The notes beneath the pieces were generated by a model, which saw only the letters and a program-made list of their open reading frames with translations, did not search any database and was not told the origin of the DNA. From NCBI GenBank assembly GCA_003516025.1, contig CP023991.1, positions 360,001 through 392,000 on the forward strand: 32,000 nucleotides of DNA. The letters are read 5' to 3'. Shown one piece after another: positions 26,891 through 32,000 of the stretch (the stretch's first letter is position 1; the number at the start of each line of letters is the position of its first letter). The stretch is from Candidatus Saccharimonadota bacterium (lineage in GTDB: Bacteria; Patescibacteriota; Saccharimonadia; Saccharimonadales; UBA4665). The position numbers were made by a program, and so were the translations under genes.

Positions 26891-28330
26891 ATGGCAAGGT
26901 CAGTACCGACGCGGGGCAGAAGTCACGACACGACAGTTGACGACACCACGCAGTTCGGGCCCACCCACACCACTGGTGGTGCCCAGAAGCGCGGAATACC
27001 ACTCTTCGTCAACGCCGACACCAACGAACCTGAGCCATTCGACCCCGCGGAACTGAAGGCTGAAGGCCGGATCAACTCCACCGTCCTTGGTGTTCTGGGG
27101 AACAAGGGTCACGGCAAGACAGCCACCTCAATCGCTATCGCACTGCGCTTCAGGTGGCGGCGTGCAGGCAACCGCAGGATGTCAATCTGTATCAATGACA
27201 TCAGGCGCAACAATGCCCGGCCGGAGTACGAGAAGCTGTGTGAATACCTTGGCGTTGAAGAGGTGTCGCTCGGCAACTTCCGGCTGAACATGCTGTCGCA
27301 GGATCTGAAGCTGAAGCCGTCGGAGCTTCTGACAATGGTTGCCCGCAGCTTGCAGTTCGAACTGGCGCGGCAACTGACTACCAAGGAGCTCAAGGCTCTT
27401 CGGTACTCGTTGAAGATGGTCCTCGAATTCTTTGAAGACGATGCCGAGCTGTCCACGCTCATGGCATGCATGCGTCGAATGAATGAGGGGATTGCCAGGC
27501 GCTTCCAGAATCAGATCGAGCAAGGCAAGGGTGACAAGTACGCTCGTCACCTCGCTAGGCTTGAAAGGGTTCTGGACACGAAGCCCCAGATCACTCCGGG
27601 ACTACTGGAAACGGCGCTTGAACTGGCTGACACCATCGAGAACCTTCTTGATGGCGAGTATGGCGAAATGTTCGGCGGGGATCACTCGCTGGCAAGCGTC
27701 ATGCATACGAACAAGGGACTCGTGGCGTTCGACTTTTCCGAACTGTCGGACGACGCGCTGACCCAGGTCCTGGCGATGATGTGGCAGGTCAAAACTTCGG
27801 CCATGCGCCGCGGCGACCACGACCTGTACTATGACATCGAGATTCACGACGAGAGTTACACGTTGTGGCGCAATCTCGAGTACGCCAGGTCGATGCACAA
27901 GTTCCTGAAGCAGGTCCGCGCGACGGGGACGTTCATCGTCATGAACACGCACCGCCTCAGTGACTACGAGACGGTAGGCAGTGAGAGCAGTGAGCAGTAC
28001 AAGCTGGCCACCAACATGATCGATGACATCGACATGTGGCTGCTTGGACGGCACACGCCCAGTGCTGCGGAAGACACCGCCAAGCGCCTCGACCTGACGG
28101 ACGAGGAAAAGCAGCGGTTGCTTCACCTGGAGCGCGGCGTCTGGGGACTGAAGATCGGCTCCGAGCCTGTTCGTTGGGTTTACATCGACCTGACGGACGA
28201 TGAAGCCGAAGTGACGTACTCCGACGACGCCAACCGCGAGAACACCGCTGAAGGCATGAACGAAATGCTCGCACGGGCGCTCGATGAAGAAGCTCAACAA
28301 GCCGCCCAGGAAGACCTGGCCATGGCTTAG
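26891..28330 (+). CDS. VirB4/TrsE-type T4SS ATPase (C-terminal ATPase-domain-sized)
   Basis: Walker A GNKGHGKT (27101-27121), Walker B-like IEIHDESYTLW (D-E at 27848-27853), downstream FIVMNTHRLSD motif. AGGTGA SD before ATG 26891; the ORF track starts at GTG 26882. Confidence 0.7.
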   Translation: MARSVPTRGRSHDTTVDDTTQFGPTHTTGGAQKRGIPLFVNADTNEPEPFDPAELKAEGRINSTVLGVLGNKGHGKTATSIAIALRFRWRRAGNRRMSICINDIRRNNARPEYEKLCEYLGVEEVSLGNFRLNMLSQDLKLKPSELLTMVARSLQFELARQLTTKELKALRYSLKMVLEFFEDDAELSTLMACMRRMNEGIARRFQNQIEQGKGDKYARHLARLERVLDTKPQITPGLLETALELADTIENLLDGEYGEMFGGDHSLASVMHTNKGLVAFDFSELSDDALTQVLAMMWQVKTSAMRRGDHDLYYDIEIHDESYTLWRNLEYARSMHKFLKQVRATGTFIVMNTHRLSDYETVGSESSEQYKLATNMIDDIDMWLLGRHTPSAAEDTAKRLDLTDEEKQRLLHLERGVWGLKIGSEPVRWVYIDLTDDEAEVTYSDDANRENTAEGMNEMLARALDEEAQQAAQEDLAMA

Positions 28331-28356
28331 CTACCGTGACATGAGGGGGAACTAAG

Positions 28357-28998
28357 GTGTCACGATCCAGGAAACGTCGATCGACTATCAGGTCGAGCCG
28401 CAGACGGCAGAATGGGCGAAAGCTGCTCTACTTCGTGCTGGCAGCACTACTGATAGCCGCGCTGGTGATGTTGCTGTCCTCAAACGACAGGATTTCATCC
28501 CCACCCGATGATCAGGCGACATCATCCACGTCCGCGCCCAACGAGGAACCGACGGCAAGCCAGCCTTCGGAGCCAACACCCGACGTGGAGCAGTTGAAGG
28601 ACAGTCTCGTCCGTTTCACGGAGGTCTACTACCGTATCCTGCCTTCGGACGGGCCGGATACTCGCAGGTCAGCCGTCGAACAACTGGGCATACCCATGTC
28701 CGAGACGGCGATCGACAGCATGGACTTCACGGTTTATGCCTACGAAGATCCCTTTGGCGCTTCAGATCGCTCTGAGGTGACTGAACAGGGAACGGTTGAC
28801 CTGCCGGCGATGCAGATACTGTCGGAGCTGGACGATGGAAAGCTGTTGTACGTAACAGCTCCCGTTGTACTGACTTCGACAGGACCAGACGGGCACACCG
28901 AAACCAGCACTTTCCTGGTGGGGACTGTCTGGCAGTGGGTGTCCGATGATGGCCGATGGGCTATGACCGCGTTTGGAGAGGAGGGATCATTGCAATGA
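28357..28998 (+). CDS. Membrane-anchored T4SS accessory protein (VirB8/TcpC-like topology)
   Basis: 213-aa ORF. Basic N-terminus, one TM (LLYFVLAALLIAALVMLL), S/T/P-rich linker, ~130-aa globular domain. GTG start preceded by GGGGGA. Confidence 0.4.
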   Translation: MSRSRKRRSTIRSSRRRQNGRKLLYFVLAALLIAALVMLLSSNDRISSPPDDQATSSTSAPNEEPTASQPSEPTPDVEQLKDSLVRFTEVYYRILPSDGPDTRRSAVEQLGIPMSETAIDSMDFTVYAYEDPFGASDRSEVTEQGTVDLPAMQILSELDDGKLLYVTAPVVLTSTGPDGHTETSTFLVGTVWQWVSDDGRWAMTAFGEEGSLQ

Positions 28999-30164
28999 AA
29001 AGCGCTGTGTCGGCTGTTATCGCCCTCATACTGCTTCCCATAGCACTGGTTGCTTCCTTTGCGATCGGTCTGACCGTTGGTGTTGGCGCGACGTCAGGTG
29101 ACGCTTCGTGTGTACCTGCTATCGCCGCTGACGCCAGTCCTCCACCGCCCGCGACCAGTAAAACGGCCGCCGGGACCGACCAGGAGGCCATCTTCCAGGC
29201 AGTTGTCGCCAAAGCCAATGGTGACAACAAGGTAATCCTGTCCATGATGCAAGGTTCATGGCTGGAAAGCCGCTGGAACCGCAATGCCTCTGACGGTGAA
29301 GCCTACGGGCCTTACCAGATCCAGATGCCCGGCGTCGTACATCCTGACGTCAGCATCGCTGAGGCTAAGGACCCCGTCTTCTCGACGAACTACATGTACG
29401 AGGAGTATGCCGAGAAGGCTCAGGCGGTCGATCCGAACCTCTGGATCACCGATCCGCAGTCAGCCGCGGAACTGACGGCGTATCGGGCGGAGCGGCCGAA
29501 GTACATCTACAGTGACAGCCGAAGTCAGGGGCCGGCGAAGGTTGCCGAAGCCTTTCGTGCCGCTGCGGACCTCTTGCAGGCCCACGGTATCTCGCTCGAC
29601 TTCGGTCAAACGGCTGCCGCACCGGCCGCGCCTGATGTACGGACGGTCGCTGCCCGTTCAGAGCCGGTCCAGCAGTGTGCTGCGGACGAACAGAAAGGAA
29701 AGGAGGCAGATGCTGCGCAGGTAAGCCTGGTTTCCAGTGGCTGGACTAAGCCGGTCACGGCTGACGGTGTGCGCTGCACCTCCGGTTTCGGGCCGCGCTG
29801 GAGTACGCAGCACAACGGCGTAGATCTCGCCAATGGTCGACTCGGCACGCCGATCTATGCCGCCGCCGGTGGCACGGTTATCGCGTCGGGGCCTGCCAGT
29901 GGCTTTGGTTGGTGGATCGTCATCGACCATGGCAATGGTATCGTCACGATCTACGGGCACATGAATGGCAAAGACCTCCTGGTCTCTGTCGGAGATGTCG
30001 TCACGCCTGGTAAGCCGATCTCGCGCATCGGCAATGAAGGTCAGTCTACTGGCCCTCATCTGCACTTTGGTGTCAAGGAAGGCGGCATCAGCGGCAAGAG
30101 CATCGACCCCGAGAAGTTCATGGCTGAGCGAGGTGTTGCCTTGTGCGACGGCTCCGCTGCTTAG
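28995..30164 (+). CDS. Bifunctional cell-wall hydrolase: lytic-transglycosylase-like domain plus M23 metallopeptidase (VirB1/PrgK/TcpG analogue)
   Basis: ATG 28995 forms an ATGA overlap with the upstream stop, and GGAGGG lies 9 nt upstream. N-terminal TM. SLT-like LESRWNRNASDGEAYGPYQIQ. M23 motifs HNGVDLA, IDHGNGIVTIYGH, GPHLHFGV. Confidence 0.8.
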   Translation: MKSAVSAVIALILLPIALVASFAIGLTVGVGATSGDASCVPAIAADASPPPPATSKTAAGTDQEAIFQAVVAKANGDNKVILSMMQGSWLESRWNRNASDGEAYGPYQIQMPGVVHPDVSIAEAKDPVFSTNYMYEEYAEKAQAVDPNLWITDPQSAAELTAYRAERPKYIYSDSRSQGPAKVAEAFRAAADLLQAHGISLDFGQTAAAPAAPDVRTVAARSEPVQQCAADEQKGKEADAAQVSLVSSGWTKPVTADGVRCTSGFGPRWSTQHNGVDLANGRLGTPIYAAAGGTVIASGPASGFGWWIVIDHGNGIVTIYGHMNGKDLLVSVGDVVTPGKPISRIGNEGQSTGPHLHFGVKEGGISGKSIDPEKFMAERGVALCDGSAA

Positions 30165-30520
30165 GCAGGCCTGAACTTCCATCACCCCGAGAGGATCCAC
30201 TCGCCAACAAAACAAAAACTTCATATGGGTTTGACGGCCATACGGTATGCCGGAAACGGTAAACATTGTATGGCCGCGCGCGGTTCTCATCCAGGAATTA
30301 CCTGGAGCTGCGCTAGAGGAATGTTTTAGAGTTCCTCGCCTGCAAAAACACCAACGGCCGCCGGGTCCGTGAATGTTCTCCTCTGGAGAGCGTTTAAAAC
30401 CCGGCAACACCCGAAGGATTGAAACACTACTAACAAGTTTAAATTTTTCGGATGTTGTAACATGATATGCCAAGCGCCTGTTCCGCATTAAGGGCTTGCG
30501 CTGAAGCGCGTATTAGTCCA

Positions 30521-30529
30521 TGCTATATT
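30521..30529 (+). promoter_or_regulatory. Candidate extended -10 box (TGCTATATT), 5 nt before the rpoD ATG at 30535
   Basis: CATGCTATATT parallels CATGCTACAAT at 12667-12677. Implies a leaderless rpoD mRNA if 30535 is the true start. Confidence 0.35.
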
Positions 30530-30534
30530 CCATT

Positions 30535-31650
30535 ATGAGTGAACACGCGACAATGCCCGATGCCGATGAACCTTTGGCAGCCCATGATTATATGCTGGAA
30601 AGCGAACGTGACGAGCAAGAAGCGGGGGAAGAATCGTACGAGTCTGTAGTGTCTACTGACTTGGTGCGGGTTTACCTCCGTGAGATTGGTAAAACGGCAT
30701 TACTGAGCGCACCGGAAGAGGTTGACCTGGCTAAGCGTATAGAGGCCGGGTTATTCGCCGGCAAGATAATCGATTACGCGCAATCCGGCAGCGTAGTCAG
30801 TGAAGATACGGCTGAACTCGCGCCAACTATGGATCGAGTGCTTGACGGCTCCGGCTCTTCGCCGAAACAAACGTTGAGGGATCTTCAGGCGGTTAAGCGT
30901 GATGGTGAGCAGGCGTTAGACCATATGGTACGGGCTAACTTACGCCTGGTAGTATCCCAGGCCAAGCGCTACACCGGGCGGGGGCTTAGCTTCCTCGACC
31001 TTATCCAAGAAGGAAATGTCGGCATGATGCACGCCGTAGAAAAATTTGATTACACCAAAGGCTTCAAATTCAGCACCTATGCCACCTGGTGGATTAAGCA
31101 ATCAATTAGCCGTGCTATAGGTGACAGGGCGCGCTTGATACGGCTGCCAGTCCATCTGCATGAAAAAATCGTCAAACAGGGCCGTATTGTACGTGAACTC
31201 GAGCAGACCGGGCAAACCGTAACCGATGAGATGATCGCTGAAGCAATGGGGGGAATTACAGTCGAAAAAGTGCGCGAGTATCGTGACTTGGCGCGTGATC
31301 CAGTCAGTCTGGACCAGCCAGTTAGCAGTGGTACTTCAGGCCGGCTCTATAATGAGTCCTATGTCGGGGATTTTATCGCCGATAAAGTAACGCCGTCCGC
31401 AGAAGCGGAGCATCATCTTACTGAGATGCAGGATGCGATCGGCGGCTTGCTGACGTTATTGCCCAATGACCGGTTACGCCTGATAATCACGCTTCGTCAT
31501 GGCTTGGACGGCGAGAAGCCGCGCACGCTTGATGCTATCGGTGAGCAGATTGGCCTAACCAGAGAACGTGTCCGGCAACTGGAAAAGATAGCCATGAAAT
31601 CACTGCAGGCACATGCTACCAACAAAGGTATGCATGACCTGCTGCAGTAA
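30535..31650 (+). CDS. rpoD: RNA polymerase primary-like sigma-70 factor (RpoD/SigA group)
   Basis: Region 1.2 (DLVRVYLREIGKTALLSAPEEV), region 2 (NLRLVVSQAKRY...LDLIQEGNVGMMHAVEKFDYTKGFKFSTYATWWIKQSISRAI), regions 3 and 4 (TLDAIGEQIGLTRERVRQLEKIAMKSL). The alternative start is ATG 30520. Confidence 0.93.
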   Translation: MSEHATMPDADEPLAAHDYMLESERDEQEAGEESYESVVSTDLVRVYLREIGKTALLSAPEEVDLAKRIEAGLFAGKIIDYAQSGSVVSEDTAELAPTMDRVLDGSGSSPKQTLRDLQAVKRDGEQALDHMVRANLRLVVSQAKRYTGRGLSFLDLIQEGNVGMMHAVEKFDYTKGFKFSTYATWWIKQSISRAIGDRARLIRLPVHLHEKIVKQGRIVRELEQTGQTVTDEMIAEAMGGITVEKVREYRDLARDPVSLDQPVSSGTSGRLYNESYVGDFIADKVTPSAEAEHHLTEMQDAIGGLLTLLPNDRLRLIITLRHGLDGEKPRTLDAIGEQIGLTRERVRQLEKIAMKSLQAHATNKGMHDLLQ

Positions 31651-31653
31651 GTA

Positions 31654-32000
31654 TTAAAGTGGATGAGTCAGCCGCCACTGTAGTGTCGGCTGCGTGAGGG
31701 TGTCTTTAGTATAGAACGTTGAGCTGTAGCTGGTGCCGGCATAGTCGAGCTGCAGTTTACCAACAGTAGTACCGGCAGTGGCTGGCGCCTTGATACTGCC
31801 AAGATCGGCTTTAGGAGAAAGTGCCGTTCCGCTCCAGGCAATCGTATCAACATTGTCTTTTGCTATCACGTCAGTGCGTGAACCCCATTCGGTAGTTACG
31901 CGCCCAACCACCTGGCCGGCATTCAGGACATGGACATTCTGGAATTGCGAGACTGCGGATTGTACTAAGGGAAGCGTGTCACGCAGGGCCTGGCCGCGGG
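31654..32000 (-). CDS. 3' part of a gene running off the window; C-terminal domain resembles PBP5-type D-Ala-D-Ala carboxypeptidase
   Basis: The frame stays open from 32000 down to the stop at 31654; the track shows only the GTG-initiated 85 aa. KAPATAGTTVGKLQLDY resembles the PBP5 C-terminal beta-sandwich pattern. Weak call. Confidence 0.35.
   Translation of the reverse strand, partial: RGQALRDTLPLVQSAVSQFQNVHVLNAGQVVGRVTTEWGSRTDVIAKDNVDTIAWSGTALSPKADLGSIKAPATAGTTVGKLQLDYAGTSYSSTFYTKDTLTQPTLQWRLTHPL

Larger units (their letters stand above)
19251..30220. mobile_element. High-GC genomic island next to tRNA-Val: actinomycete/Firmicute-style T4SS module plus SPFH/bPH membrane genes. No integrase, relaxase or coupling protein visible (degraded or domesticated ICE-like element)
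   Basis: Abrupt GC rise: my counts are 41/60 at 19681-19740, versus 35/60 at 17281-17340 and 26/60 at 8101-8160. Third-codon-position GC is about 80% in a 20-codon sample of the ParA-like gene. Sits beside a tRNA. Strong SD sites and ATGA gene overlaps are absent from the backbone. A degenerate tRNA-Val 3' repeat lies at 30181-30216. Confidence 0.75.

Noticed and set aside
1-32000. Search for CRISPR arrays, rRNA genes, and IS/transposase, integrase or relaxase genes.
   Set aside because: I saw no series of regularly spaced direct repeats and no rRNA-like conserved blocks. No ORF has DDE, tyrosine/serine-recombinase, or relaxase (HxH / Y-containing MOB) motifs. The absence is by eye only and should be confirmed with profile searches.

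Overview
The window has two parts. About 21 kb is compact housekeeping backbone at roughly 50% GC by eye (1-19250 and 30220-32000). It carries uvrA, a DedA membrane protein, L25/Ctc, an ABC exporter, trhO, uvrC, an S9 peptidase, a holin-4/DUF360 membrane protein, secG, a family-5 solute-binding protein, a beta-helix tailspike-like protein, a GlcD-like FAD oxidase, rpoD, a partial PBP5-like gene, two tRNA-Leu and one tRNA-Val. Between tRNA-Val and rpoD sits an ~11 kb insert of clearly higher GC (~19.3-30.2 kb). My spot counts of single 60-nt lines gave 68% inside the insert against 43-58% outside. On the + strand the insert encodes a Gram-positive/actinomycete-style type IV secretion (mating-pair-formation) module: a ParA-like protein with a degenerate P-loop, a small two-TM protein, a VirB6/TrbL-like polytopic protein, a VirB3-like/large-domain protein, a VirB4-type ATPase, a membrane-anchored accessory protein and an SLT+M23 cell-wall hydrolase. 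On the - strand it encodes an SPFH/band-7 protein and a bPH-like membrane protein. I could not find a relaxase, coupling protein, integrase or transposase anywhere in the window. Insert genes use strong GGAGGTG/GGGGGA/AGGAG Shine-Dalgarno sites and ATGA overlaps. Several backbone genes instead start within 10 nt of a TGCTAnAnT-type extended -10 box, which suggests leaderless or near-leaderless mRNAs. The insert also contains very AT-rich spacers and several perfect 10-15 bp inverted repeats. A degenerate copy of the tRNA-Val 3' end lies exactly at the right compositional boundary and may be an attR. Secondary observations: two tRNA-Leu genes that differ only in the anticodon arm, a 14-nt tRNA-Leu 3' fragment, and a two-copy inverted-repeat element bracketing the tailspike-like/FAD-oxidase segment. 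No rRNA or CRISPR array was seen. All homology calls come from motif recognition by eye and need HMM/BLAST confirmation. Assigning the backbone to a reduced-genome (Patescibacteria/Saccharibacteria-like) lineage is only a guess.
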